Of a stretch of DNA of 64,000 nt, positions 25,001 through 38,000 are shown piece after piece. The translations under genes were made by a program, and so were the position numbers. The stretch is from Podarcis muralis (Eukaryota). Each line of letters starts with the position of its first letter. The first letter of the stretch is position 1. Location of the stretch: assembly GCF_964188315.1 (NCBI RefSeq), contig NC_135667.1, forward strand, positions 14,694,001 to 14,758,000, written 5' to 3'. The notes beneath the pieces were generated by a model, which was given only the letters and a program-made list of their open reading frames with translations, searched no databases and was not told the DNA's origin.

Positions 25001-28000
25001 CTCCCACATCTTCAGCTCTGGTGTCAGCTGAACCAGGAGTTGTGGGTATCGCAAAGCCAATAGGAAGACCCTTTCAAAACCTCTTTACCACAATATCATT
25101 GCCACCAAACATGAACCTGCAATGGTCTGTTCTTGTCAGATATTCAAATCTCCTCCATCAAAAGAGATTTAGAAGATGAATAAAATAAGTAGTCCAAGAA
25201 AGGCATATAGCCAATATTTCTTGTTGTTGTTTAGTTGTTTAGTTGTGTCCGACTCTTTGTGACCCCATGGACCAGAGCACACCAGGCACTACTGGCTTCC
25301 ACTGCCTGCCGCAGTTTGGTCTAACTCATGTTGGTAGCTTCAAGAAGACTGTCCAAACATCTCGTCCTCTGTCATCTCCTTCTCCTTGTGCCCTCAATCT
25401 TCACGGTCTTTTCCAAGAACATCACGGTCTTTTCCAAGAAGTCTTCTCTTCTCATGAGGTGGCCAAAGTATTGGAGCCAATACTAGACGCTTCCAATTGG
25501 TCTCTGCAGCTCAGCAGCAGATCTCCGGACTTCAGGGCAGAACTATGTGCCAGGTCATGCTTCCAAAGACCCCTGCTTTCACTGGAGAATACAGTAACAG
25601 GCTGGGATCCAAAGCATGTGAAGCATGTTATCCAGGAGTGACAATCCTAGGGACCCACCTCGTTTGGGGGCCAAAATAATTTTGGGTGTGGGAGCCAAAA
25701 TTGGGCAGAAGTGGATGCCAGCTCTTCCTCCTCCTCCTCCTCCTTCTCCTGCCCTGGATGGGAAGGAGGTGGAAAGCAGCCCCTGACCAATGGGGGCAGA
25801 AGGAGAATGAAGAAGAGGAGGCAAAGCCCCAGAGAGGAGATGCATGTCAACCATTGAAGCCGCACTGTCACCATTGAAGCCGCACTGTCTCAACAACCTG
25901 ACCTCATGACGTGATGTCACACATGCATCATACACACCCCACACCCGTCTCCCTCACCAATTGGCACATCTGGTGTGATTTGTGTCTGGTCTTCCTCTGC
26001 TCAGTGGCAGTACTAACATGGGTAAGAACCAGGAAACGTTGTGGAGGCCATATGAAACATGAAACAATAATAACAGAAAACTGTGTTTCTGTGTTACTTT
26101 ATTATGTCTTCTAATTTAATTGAGGGATCTGTAGCTACCTGCCAGGCCCCGACTTCAAGGATTCCCCTTGCTTTATGCTTGGCTCTTGAGGAATACATGG
26201 CATGAAGAGCATGGGCTACAGCATACACAGCATTGTAGATACTGTAGCTCTGGCCAGACATTTGCATTTCAAACACAGCTCTGGGGAGACTCTCCAGCCT
26301 CTCCTCCCCTGTGCAGTTACCTCTGTTTGGATAATATAGGCTATATCTTGGGAATGAACAGAAAAAAGCAGTGCACCAGAACTCCTTTAGAAAATAAAAT
26401 GTAGACTGGAGAGGATTGATGGTCTCAAGAAAGTCCTGAAATCCTGGCACCTCCATGGTGTGGAGGGTGAATGACAGTGAGCTGTTGAATGATTTTTTAA
26501 TTATTTTCTCCTCAATCTTAACAGCCATAAAATCCCACTGAGCCGTAGTGATCCACACCCTTTCTAGAGGGTGCATTAAAAAGATTTCATTGGAATATAA
26601 AATCAACCGCAAACCTTCCAGAGACTGATTGTCTCCATAGACCAAAATCACATTGATTCCTGGCAATTCAAGAGTTTTCAGAACTGCTATCAATCTTTGT
26701 TGGCTTATCTCATCTGGTAATAGCTGCGTCACTGGTGGAATCACTACTGTCCAAGCTGGGCAAAGATTGTTCTGCAAAAGCTTTGGTCTCAAGTATCGAA
26801 GGAAAGTTTCTCCACTGTCATCATTGGAAACAAGGAAGCCAATCCAGTTCCATCCAAAATACATGAGTAGCTGAACAATGCCATCATATTGGGGACCTTC
26901 ATCTGGGGCCAAACGGTACATAGAAGAGAAGTGAGTTTTCTCACTCAGCACTGGATCAAAGGAGCTGTAGCTGAGCTAATGGGAAAGAGAGAACACTTTT
27001 AGAGTTCCAGCAGCCAAGATCTTAATAATGAGATACTGGAAGATCTTAGGGGGCAAATAGTACTTGCGGGAAAATTCAATAATAATAAAATAATGGCACA
27101 AGTCCCGCAACACAAAGACTCCTTTGGAATTGAATGGCCAGTGGATTATGCATATGGTGAAAAATGAGAATAGAAGATGCCCTTCACAATGCAAAACTTT
27201 TTGGTTAACGTAAACTGTGCCTCACCTTCAATGATAGTAGTCTGCAATAAACATTAAAATGAATTTGCTGTTCTCTTGTAAGTATTGATTAAACACCAGC
27301 TTCTGGGTTAGAGTGAACTATTTATCATGCTATCTGATTTATGTTGTCCATCATCATCCTACATGCCGGCAATAGTTCTTCCCAATCAAGTGTTAAGCCA
27401 CAATATTTTACTCCAGCAGGAACATCATGACAATTTGCATTGCAACAGTCAAATCTTGGGGTTACTAGAACATGAGTCTCTGCAGTCAGGCTACCTGTGG
27501 CCATGAACATCTGTAGCTAAGAAACCAGCCACAGCTGGGAAAAAGCACTCATAAAGATGGATCCAGATGGATCCAGGAACACCCTCAGGCTAGAACCCTG
27601 TTCTTTCAGAAGGAAGGCAAACCCAACCAGGCAGGCAAATGACCAGCCTCTCAGGCACAGCCACCCACAGTCTGTCCACTTTCCCATGATTCAAACTCAG
27701 TTTCTTAACTCTCATCCAATCCATTACTGCATCCAGACATCCTTCCAGACCCTACTCTGCCTCTTCTGACTCAGATGTTATAGAGCTACTTATCGTCTGC
27801 ATATTTATGACGCTTGGACCCAACACTCTTAATGACTGCTCCCAATAACTTCATGTAGATTAAGACAGCAATGCAGCCAGCGCAGAGCAAAATAGACTTG
27901 GCAAAACCTGCTTTCAGACTGGTGGATGAAGCATACAGGAGAGGATGGGTTGCTCTTTATATCCCTCCTCCTTGCTGTATCTGCCTACTTCTACACATAC

Positions 28001-29349
28001 CTGTGGAATCTTGTAGGTATTTAAGATGTTGGACGTCTGAATGGAGTTTTGGGATGTGAGACACCCAATGACAGCCAGCACTTTCTTTCTCCTGACACAG
28101 TTGTAATTGGGGTAGTGCACTTTTCCTAGGAATAGTAGGTCCAGAGTAGCCCCGGAAGTTCTCACGGCACTGAAATAATTATCAAGAACCTTTGCTGTCA
28201 GCGAGGTGTTGGGTAACAATTCAGGATTTTTGTTGACCTCATTCATGGCAAAAACAAACGCAAGGACATGTTGGTAGTTTTTAGGAATAATGCTGTCAAT
28301 GAGATGGTCATACAATCTTTTATTCTCACAACAGAGAGGCAGCCTGGGTTATGATTTCTACGTCTAAGTAAATCACCTCTTTTCCTATCCTATGGGATAG
28401 TTGTTACAATACAACACAATTTTGAGCTTTACGCAGGCATCATATGCATATGCAGAAAATGATCCCTGGATCACTCTGTCATTCACCCTTGGGCAGCAAA
28501 ATGTATTGGGCCAGCAAAGCCCATAGGAATGATTTTCTAGCTGCTGCCGACAAATCATGTTCATGAAAAGATACTCGCAGAGACTTCAGGAATTTCTAGT
28601 GCGGAACAATGGCTCAAGAGAAAATCATCATTTAATCCCTGCCCTTCTGTGAAGTCCACTCAGCCTGCAATTATATTCCTGCTTACTTACAACTAAACAA
28701 TTTATTTTCATTAAATAGGACTTGGCTATCAGGGGTCCCAGATACAATGCGTTTTTTGCTTAACACAGACAGCATGGAATTTAAAGACAGTTACAATGAC
28801 TAAGGCACCCAGTTAAGGCTGGGACAGCAGCAGCATTTTCTATATGTAGAAAATGATGATGATTGGATCACCTTACCCTTTACCCTCAGGCAGCAAAATG
28901 TATTGGGCCAGCACTGCCCAGAGGAACAATTTTCTAGCTGCTGCCCATATATCAGCTTAAAAAAATCAAAAGAGACTAGCAGAGACATCACTGAGAATGT
29001 TCCCCTTAAGAGGAGAAGGGGGCAATGAAAGAAGAGTCAGTCCAAGCAGCTGGTTGTAACTAGCAATCTTTGTGGTGAAGCAGAGGGTTTTCATGTGATC
29101 AATGACGGCATAAATATATAAAAATGATATTACTTACTACCCCAGAGGACGAGAATATGGATGTTTTCTAAAGTCGCTTAAAGGAAAATTAACAAGGCCA
29201 ATGGATACAAATTCAGCAATTAAGATCTCATCTGCAGAACCTTCTGAGCTCAGATGGTGGCTTATAGAATATTGCAGATACAACAGCAGTAGCAAGATCA
29301 CCTGAAGCACAGATAAATCCTGCTCCAAGCCACAGCCCCACACTTGCAT
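22047..29349 (-). CDS. Vomeronasal type-2 receptor V2R-C, complete 6-exon gene (~867 aa), recent paralog of V2R-B
   Basis: Exons 29138-29349, 28001-28292, 26139-26975, 24427-24654, 23583-23709, 22047-22954; same lengths and phases as V2R-B; open frame. Confidence 0.92.
23278..23412. mobile_element. hAT-type MITE (duplicate of 8246)
   Basis: Same TIR/core sequence at the equivalent intron 5 position. Confidence 0.7.
25220..25470 (-). mobile_element. BovB/RTE LINE 3' end (duplicate of 10158)
   Basis: Same sequence at the equivalent position, with small internal indels. Confidence 0.75.
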
Positions 29350-29829
29350 GGTGTCCTTCTCCACTCACGGTCACCACCACCAGCAATTTTCGTCTTCTGA
29401 CACAAGTTACACAAAGCTTCACTCTAGAAGTTCTTCACTAGTGCCCCAATTCCACCATGGGGCGTTTGGGTGGAAGGACCTACAATCAAAGTCTGGGCTG
29501 ACAGAGTTGTTCTTGTCTGTTGCCATGAGTCTAATACTCCCTGACTGAATTATAGGCACATCATGGTTACGCTGTTTTTGATATTTGTGTAAAAAGTGGA
29601 AATAAACGAGGCACTAGTTTAATGCAGCTGCCCAAAGTGACCTTGCTAATTACTGTCATTTCAGTAATTACAGGGCAATGCATCTTTTCCACCAAAGTCC
29701 ACAAGTATGAGCACAAGCAAAGAAAAATGATTTGTTTCCATGCCAGAGCTACAATTTGTGTGGGTCCTTTGCTTCATCCAAGCACATTCCTTCCTATAGG
29801 GTCCCAATGCTTCATCGTCTAACCACAGC

Positions 29830-30096
29830 CACCCACCAACCAGACCCCTCTGATTACTTCATAACAGCATTATGATATCACCCATTTTAGCTTCAATTCC
29901 TTTCCTAATGATCCCTAGCACGGAATTTGCCTTTTCTATGGCTGCTTCACACTGACTCCATATCTTCATCGAGCAATCCATTGTGACTCCAAGGTCACAT
30001 ACCTGGTCTGTCACCTCCAATTCACACCCCTGAGCATATATATGGAATTTATTTATTTTTGCCCCAATTTGCATCATGATACAATCAAGGGAAGTC
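29830..30096 (-). mobile_element. Old CR1 ORF2 fragment (duplicate of 16440)
   Basis: DLGVTMDCSMKIWSQCEAAIEKANSVLGIIRKGI. Confidence 0.75.
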
Positions 30097-30102
30097 ATAG
30101 TA

Positions 30103-31427
30103 CAGTGGTACCTCGGGTTAAGAACTTAATTCGTTCTGGAGGTCTGCTCTTTGTTTAAAAAAATAATAATAATTTTTATTAACCGGCCAATCAAATCAAA
30201 TCACATCACATAAATTCCGAATTACAAAGCCGAATTTTGAATTTTGTTGAGGGAACCCATATTTCAAGATCCGAAGGGGGATTCTGATCATCTTCTTGCC
30301 ACTGCGTTAATGTCCAAATCAGCCCAAACAAAGTTCATAATTCTATCCAGTCTTATCTTGCTGTTTCCACATCACATCTTGTTCATATATTTTCTCTTTT
30401 TTCTTTCTGATCTCTTCTGATAGTCTCCTTAAGTCGATAAACACCAATAATAATCCTGTGTGAATTTTTCCGTTCTTCCAATCCTCAAATCGAGATGGTT
30501 TCCATATATCATCGCCTTCATAGATAACAGCGCTCTTTCCATCATTAATTACAGAACTGTCGTTCTTAAGTCCCACTGAGGAGTTTCACCCACAATATAA
30601 AAACAGCTCTATTTCTCAATTTCTCCTCTCAGACTTAAGTCCTCCGACAGAACTTCCCAATATGGCGACGAAATTTTTAACTGCGTCATTCCAAAGCCCT
30701 TATACATTCCACGCTCTTCTTAAAACATGCTTTGGTTCAAAAGTTTATCTCCACACAGCCTTAAATCCACAGCTTAAGTCCTTAAAACGACATTTCTGAC
30801 TTATGGGGGGGGGTTCTTGTTTAATCACATAAAGGAAAGAAAGGAAAGTTTTTTTTTTCCCTCCCCCATCAGTCCCTTTGCCATACCGAGTCTTAGCGTA
30901 TCTTCTCATGATTAATACTTGTTCCTCCGACTCGTCTTGTTTTATCAGAGATCTCTTCTGTTAGCAATCTTTACTCCCCCTTCTTCCTTGAAATATGTGC
31001 ATTCGCTTCATCCAAATTGTTTCTTTTGAAGTTCTTGCAGCTGGTGGCGCGGATCAGAGACGGCGTCCAGGAGCGCCAAAATCCCACAGGAGGGCATTGT
31101 GCCTAGTGCCCCTATCCCCACAAATTCGGGGGTGGTATAGGGCACAGCAGGCAAGGGCAGTCCCCCACCACAATCCTGGGGGGTAGGGAGGCTATTTACT
31201 CCCATCACAGCCTCCAATTTACCTCGTGTGGGTCGGAGAGATGTTATTGTCAGCTGAAACAGTTCTTAACCTGAGGTACCACTTTAGCTAATGGGGCCTA
31301 CTGCTGCCGCCGCGCCACTACTGTGCGAATTCTGTTCTCATCCTGAAGCAAAGTTCTTAACCTGAGGTACTATTTCTGGGTTAGCGGAGTCTGTAACCTG
31401 AAGCGTCTGCAACCAGAGGTACCACTG
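30103..31427. mobile_element. Tc1/mariner MITE split by a 1.1 kb insertion (30103-30151 + 31254-31427)
   Basis: Both TIRs and TA TSDs present; the halves join to match the intact 16712-16937 copy. Confidence 0.85.
30152..31253 (-). mobile_element. Unclassified ~1.1 kb retroposon-like insertion with an L1-like 3' tail, no long ORF
   Basis: Present only in copy 2; minus strand ends AATAAAAATTATTATT...TTTAAAC like the L1 3' ends in this window; GC-rich 5' part. Confidence 0.55.
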
Positions 31428-32347
31428 TACCACTCCACTGTGCCTTGGTCAGACCACAACTGGCAGGGTGACTCAAACCCATGCCACTGGAGTGGGGAAT
31501 GTCCTTCAGTACAAAGACTCTGCAAATTATCACGGTTAACATCTGAGTGAGGCAAAAAGAGAATACGGACAATAGAAACAGATTTAGTAAATGTATTTTA
31601 ATCCTCTCTTGCCTAATTAACAGACAAATGCTTCATATAAACAGATCATGAGCCTGCCTCATGTAGTGGACAGGGAATCATAGACTTAGAATCCTAGAGG
31701 TTTGGAGTTGGAAGGGATTCCATGCGTCATCTAGTTCAACCTGCTACAAGGCAGGAATCTCAAATAAAGGAGCCATGACAGATCGCCATCCAATCTGTGC
31801 CTGAAGAAAGGAGAGTCCACCATATTCCAAGGGAGTTTGATCCACCAGGCACAACGAGTTGGGCCCAACATGGGGGGGGGGGCATCTTTTGAGGAATAAT
31901 TCTGTGTGAGTGTATATTCCTTGGCAAAGGAAAAGGTAAGCACATGTTGAGAGCAGCATGCCATTGTCTCCGTGCAAAGGTCTCACCACCTCTCAGGGAA
32001 ACTATGTGTTAGAGGGTCATCTGTGGGGTAGCCGCACATAGGGATTCCCATTAAACATGTCACAGAATCCTACAACCATCTTATGATATTGTTTTGTTGA
32101 TTCCAATTTTTAAAAAAACCACACAGTTTGAAAAAGGTTGTGGGTTTTCATATGAAAGCAAAACATCTGTGGGGTACCTTACTTTTAAGAAGTCCTATGG
32201 CATTTGTCCCTATTCATTAACAAAATTTGGAGCTTATTTGCAGCTTTTTCTGTGAGAAGATGAGTGTCTTTTTCTGCCATGTATGGAGTTGGGTTGAAGG
32301 AACACATATTGGAAGGGTCTGGAAAAGGTAGCTTAGCTTTTGGAGTA

Positions 32348-32589
32348 CAGTGGTACCTCAGGTTAAGAACTTAATTCATTCCGGAGGTCCATTCTTAACC
32401 TGAAACTGTTCTTAACCTGAAGCACCACTTTAGTTAATGGGGTCTCCCGTTGTTGCGCCGCCACCACCTTGCGATTTCTGTTCTCATCCTGAAGCAAAGT
32501 TCTTAACCTGAGGTACTATTTCTGGGTTAGCGGAGTCTGTAACCTGAAGCATCTGTAACCCGAAGTGTATGTAACCTGAGGTACCACTG
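32348..32589. mobile_element. Tc1/mariner-type MITE (copy-2 specific)
   Basis: CAGTGGTACCTC TIRs, TA TSD; empty site ggagTAttatc in copy 1. Confidence 0.88.
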
Positions 32590-32708
32590 TATTATCATTT
32601 TACTCATGACTATTTCATCTGAGAGGGTGAAATTGGTTTTACTCCATTTCTTCAGTTCTTGGATGAATTTCTGCCAGAGGGGAGAGTACTTTTGAAGATA
32701 TACCAGTA

Positions 32709-32949
32709 CAGTGGTACCTCGGGTTAAGTACTTAATTCGTTCCGGAGGTCCACTCTTAACCTGAAACTGTTCTTAACCTGAAGCACCACTTTAGCTAATG
32801 GGGCCTTCTGCTGCTGCTGCGCCGCTGGAGCACGATTTCTGTTCTCATCCTGAAGCAAAGTTCTTAACCTGAGGTGCTATTTCTGGGTTAGCAGAGTCTG
32901 TAACCTGAAGCGTATGTAACCTGAAGCGTCTGTAACCCAAGGTACCCTG
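32709..32949. mobile_element. Tc1/mariner-type MITE (copy-2 specific)
   Basis: CAGTGGTACC TIRs (right TIR missing 1 nt), TA TSD; empty site accagTAgtttg in copy 1. Confidence 0.85.
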
Positions 32950-33590
32950 TAGTTTGTGGAGGTTTCTAGTTCTTCTTGGATGAATTTCTGCCAGAGGGGA
33001 GAGTATTTTTGAAGATATACCGGTAGTTTGTGGTGGTTTCTAGTTATTTGTACCCCTTGGTAAGCGACTGCATTAGCTTCTGTCTTTTTTCTCTTTTAAG
33101 CCTTCTAGGATACAGACACTGGAGAGACCTGTAAGTAGTAAATGTGAGCCAATGATATCAAATTGTACGGGAAACGGCCTTGCTAGAAAAGCTAGAGACC
33201 TTGCTAGAATCCACCGACAGCATTCAAATCAATCTGGCTTCCCTGATACAAAGGCAAACAAACCGCACTGCAGCCAACCACAGACAAGCCACCACACCCT
33301 CTCCCCCATAATACATCTTACTACCAAGGAATTGTAATAAACAATTAGAAAGAGAACCTACCCAGTTGATGCTGACACAAAGCCCTGCAGGTACACTATA
33401 CAAAAGAATATCAGTCTCCCCACCCCACCCCTGCTCTCCCCCCTCTTCTTCCCCAACCTTATACCGTACTCAACACTAATGCCTCACAACAAATATAACT
33501 GCTTTGTAAGAAAGACTGTACATCCTGGGGGAAAAGACAAGGCATGTACTTTTGTAAACCAATAAAATCTTTATTATTATTATTTTTAAA

Positions 33591-33742
33591 AGACATCTGA
33601 AGGCAGCCCTATATCAGGAGGTAAACGCTTGATGTTTTATGTTTCAAGGTATGCTGAAAGCCGCACAGAGTGGCTGGGGAAACCCAGCCAGATGGGTAGG
33701 GTATAAATAATAAAATTCTTATTCTTATTCTTATTCTTATTA
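33591..33742 (+). mobile_element. L2 3' end with (TTCTTA)n tail (duplicate of 19175)
   Basis: Same L2 terminus, different microsatellite tail. Confidence 0.75.
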
Positions 33743-35094
33743 CTAGTTTCAGTAGAGAAAACTGAGCTGTTTGCACATTCAAGTACATAGAGATGCTGCG
33801 TCCAATGGAGTGCTCACTACAGCAGCAAGAGACTATCAGAATGAATAACACCAAGTATTTTCATATTATTTTACACTTCCCAATCATTTCAGTGCTTCCT
33901 GCAGAATGTTCTTGTTGACGGGACTTAGTATATGAGATCTGTGTGTCTCCTGTTCACTCATCCCTAGCGACATCTCAATCCACCATCTACAGTGACCATA
34001 TGATGTCCCACCACCTCCCATTGGGCTGCCTCTGATGGCATTGGGCATCACACCTGTATGTTTGGATTGGAGTCATGAAACGAAAAGATGTAGATGACAT
34101 AAAAATAGGTAGTGTACATGGAATAGATCACTCTTCTTCAACCATGTGTCTCCAGAGGTTGTTGAACTACAACTACTTTCATTCTCAGCAAGCATGGGCA
34201 ATAGCCAGAGATGATAGGAGCTGAAGTCCAATATTATCGAGAGACCCAATGCAAAAGATGCTTTGGCTTCTATGGGGAGAGACAAGAACCACATGTGTGA
34301 GGGTATCTGATGGAAGCAGAAGGAGGGAAGGGTTGCCTGGCATGCTCTTATTCTTATTCTTATTATTCTATACCGCACTTCATCTGAGAATCACAGGGCA
34401 GTTGACAATATAAACAACAAAGGAGTGCGTAACCATCTAGCTTACAATGAGGGGATATAGCTCAGTAGCAGAGCTCAGCTTTCCATGCATAAGGACACAA
34501 TTTAATTGCTAACACCTCCAGTTCAAAGAGCCCCAGTTGAATGAGAGAAAAACACTTTGAAGGGCAAGAGAGAATTTTTGCTACTCAGGGTAGACTGTAG
34601 TTAGATAGAAGGGCTAATGGTTTGAATCAAAGGAAGGGATATGTACATCCACAATCCTCTTTCTATACCCTGCACAAGTTTCACATCATATCAATTCAGA
34701 AACTTATACCAACTGTCCAAGGCACTGCTTCACAAGGGAGGAGATCTTGGGCTATAGTGGGATGACACTGATATAGCACTTTGCTTGTTCTGAGACTTGA
34801 GGACTCTAGCAAAACAGATCCCACACCCTGTAATTTTTTATAATTATCGATCAGCATCACTACTTCTAAATGTCACATGGGAAATCACACGCCAGGCACA
34901 ATAACAGCCACAGAAACAGCCCTTTCCAAAGGGCTGTGAGGACCCTGTGTTGTAGTCTATATAGGCACCTGTCCTATCAGCTTACATGAATCCAGTTAGG
35001 GAGGTGGATTTGGGGCTGGTGCATAGCTCCTTGCAGCCAAGTTTCCCTATAACTTTAGCCGAGACTGAAATGCTGTTGATAATTAAATGTAAAC

Positions 35095-38000
35095 ATGATG
35101 ACCTCCAGCTGCAGTTCAGCACAAAAATGGTTAGCGCTCCACCTGCTTTTCCTGCTGTTGATGCTGCATTGTTCTTCTAGCAAGTATTTGAACTCCTCCA
35201 CAAGCAGATTGAGACAACAAATTCAAACCAATTCACTCGGTCCTCCAGCAGACATGATCATTGGTGAATTTATATCCATTACGCAAGGAAACTTCAGAAT
35301 GCATGAATTTACGGAAAAACCCAAAATCTCTTCGTTTACTACTTAGTAAGTAGTCATTTATTTATTTATTGGAGAATTCTCTACTTGGCCCTCTGATCAT
35401 TCTTGATGAAATAAACGACTGCATCAGCTTCTCCTGTAATACTTCTAGGATACATTCAGGCTTATGTCCCACCAATTATGTCCCCGTCCCCCCACATAAC
35501 GGATCACATGACACAGTGCATGCACACCATTTGAATCGCAATGCTTTTGAGGGGAGAGGCTTTCTCCAATATTTGGGGATGTCCCTCAGTGGCGTAGCGT
35601 GGGGGGTGCAGGGGGGGCCGGCCGCACCGGGCGCAACATCTGGGGGTTAGGGTTAGGGGGCGCAAATCCACGGGTTAGGGGGCGCAAATCCACGGGTTAG
35701 GGGGCGCAAATTACTTGCCTTGCCCCGGGTGCTGACAACCCACGCTACGCCACTGGGGTCCCTTCAGCCCCTAGGAGTTGGATCCTATGCCTGTAATCCC
35801 ATTCATGCTTATTGGGGAAGCAAAATGCATTGAATAAAAAAAGAAAAGGAGGGATTTGCTCCCCAATAACTTTTTTAAAAGGCATGCAGCAGGGTAAGGA
35901 AAGATTGGAGTGAGCTGAGCTGGTTTGCAAAGAGACCCAGAGCAAATGGATCATCCTATCCCAACAAAATAAATGGAGCCTGGGTGAGACAGACCCTGCG
36001 TTCCCCAGAAACAATCTGCTCTGTCATTTGCTAATGGCTTGGAGTTGCATTAAATCAGCAATTTAGAAAACTCAGCATGCAGAAAGCAGGGAGGGGGGAA
36101 TACTGCAGATTTTGCTCATCTGCTGTTTCTCTGTCTATTCCTGGAGCTCACTACTGGCAGTCCAAATGTAGCAGGGAGAGAGAGGGAAAGAGAAAGAAAG
36201 ACCATCCCAGTCCTACCCTCCCATCTCTCTTCCTCTCTTACGCTGTGATTCAAGGACTGGTAAAAAGCCCTTGTGTTTTGGAGCACACTGGTATACTCAA
36301 TGGTTGTTCTACAGGTTGAATGGAGAACACATTCCCATGAATACTTCATGGTTCAGAAATGGAAGGGAGGTGGTGGACAAAGCAGCAGAACAAGAGGTAG
36401 GCATGGACATTGTGTTTAAGAGAGAGGCAAAAGGGGTTAACAGAAGAACTTCACAGCTTTTTATTTCTGGGTTTCCCATATCCAAACCCACCAATTCATC
36501 CACAGCACGACAATGAATCCCTTTGAATTCACCATTTACATAAATCTAATCAAAATATATAAGGAGACTGCTCTAGTTTCATTAGTTTGAATATAATGTT
36601 CCCTTCCTATGGGTTGCAACATTCAAGGTACATAGAACACAAATCAAAACTGAAACACAGTTGTTTCTCTTCCGCCAGTGTTGCAGTCATTCTTTGTCTC
36701 ATTGCAGTGCGATCCCGAAAAACTACCAGCATGTTCTTGCCTTCATCTTTGCCATGCAAGAGATCAACAAGAATGCCAAATTCTTACCCAACATCACACT
36801 GGGATCAACATTTTATGAGAATGCTTTTAATCCTTCGCTAACGTGTTGGAAAACTCTTGCTCTTCTTTCCATGGGACAACGAATTATCCCCAATTACCAC
36901 TGTAATGGGGAAGATAAATTAATTGCTGTCGTTGGAGGGCTCACCTCCCAAAACTCCCTTCAGATTGCCAATATATTAAACACCTACAAGATTCCACAGG
37001 TATGTGTGTAGATACATAGATACAACCACAAGGGCAGACATACACAGAAAACCCCAAAAAGCATCCAGGTTAGCTTTCAATACCATTACATCATGTTTTC
37101 TACACTTGTGTCCTACATTAGACTTGGTATGGGTACATGATTATGTTAAAGCCTCCTAGCTATGTGTTGCCAACACTGCCGTCTCAATTTGCATTGGGAT
37201 TTGGGAAGGGGGGATAAACCCATAATACTAATAATCCAAGCTCTGGTTCTTCCAAACCTGGCCATGCCACAAATCATGTAATCATAGGAGCATCCAGCTT
37301 CCTGCTTAGAAACTTCTCCTAGTTTGAGACTTAATAATGCCAGGGCTGTATACTTAGAAAAGTAAGACCAGATGGTTAACCACCACAATAACAAAGTCTT
37401 TTTAATATGAACAAATGGATGGTTTTCAGATTCCTAAAAATAGAATGCCTTTCCCTTTAGCTCAGCTATGGCTCCTTGGATCCAGGGCTGAGTGACCAAA
37501 GGCACTTCCCTTCCTTCTTCCAAATGGTCCCCAATGAAGAAGCTCAGTATGATGGCATTGTTTGGCTACTCAGGAGGTTTGGGTGGAACTGGATTGGCCT
37601 CCTTGTTTCAGATGATGACAGCGGAGAAACCTTCCTTCGTACTCTCAGACCAAGGCTTTCCCAGAATAATCTTTGCATTTCTTGGACACTAGTGATCCCA
37701 CTAGTGACATTTTTTTTACCTAAGGAGCTACTTCTAAAAAAATTGAATCCCCTTATGTTTGCTCTCACAAGGAGGGAAATGAATGTGATTCTTGTGTATG
37801 GAGACAATCAGTCTCTAGAGGCTTTGAGACTGGTTTTAATCTCCCTTGAGGTTTTCTCTATGTACCCAGTGGAGAGGGTGTGGATTACAACAACTCAATG
37901 GGATTTCACTGCAGTTCTGGTTGGAGGCAAATTCCCTTCCATATCCTTCAATGGCACCTTGTCATTTACACTCCATTCAAATCCAGTTCCAGGGTTTCAG

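Larger units (their letters stand above)
32200..33590. mobile_element. 5'-inverted L1 fragment (duplicate of 18240-19178), interrupted by two MITEs
   Basis: Colinear with copy 1; carries extra MITEs and a ~70-bp local duplication near 32970-33040. Confidence 0.65.
20782..34701. repeat. Tandem segmental duplication, copy 2 (contains V2R-C)
   Basis: Colinear with 5724-20780 apart from copy-specific insertions and deletions. Confidence 0.9.

Noticed and set aside
5724-34701. Possibility that the B/C duplication is a haplotype mis-join
   Set aside because: The copies differ by several percent and by multiple independent TE insertions, more than expected for alleles; not formally excluded without reads.
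34986-35180. Upstream ORF overlapping the V2R-D start, also seen before V2R-E
   Set aside because: Recurrence is explained by duplication; the TSS is unknown, so a uORF role cannot be supported.
35630-35710. Possible interstitial telomere or chromosome fusion site
   Set aside because: Only two contiguous TTAGGG units, enclosed by TIRs and a TSD, so it is a transposon-internal repeat.
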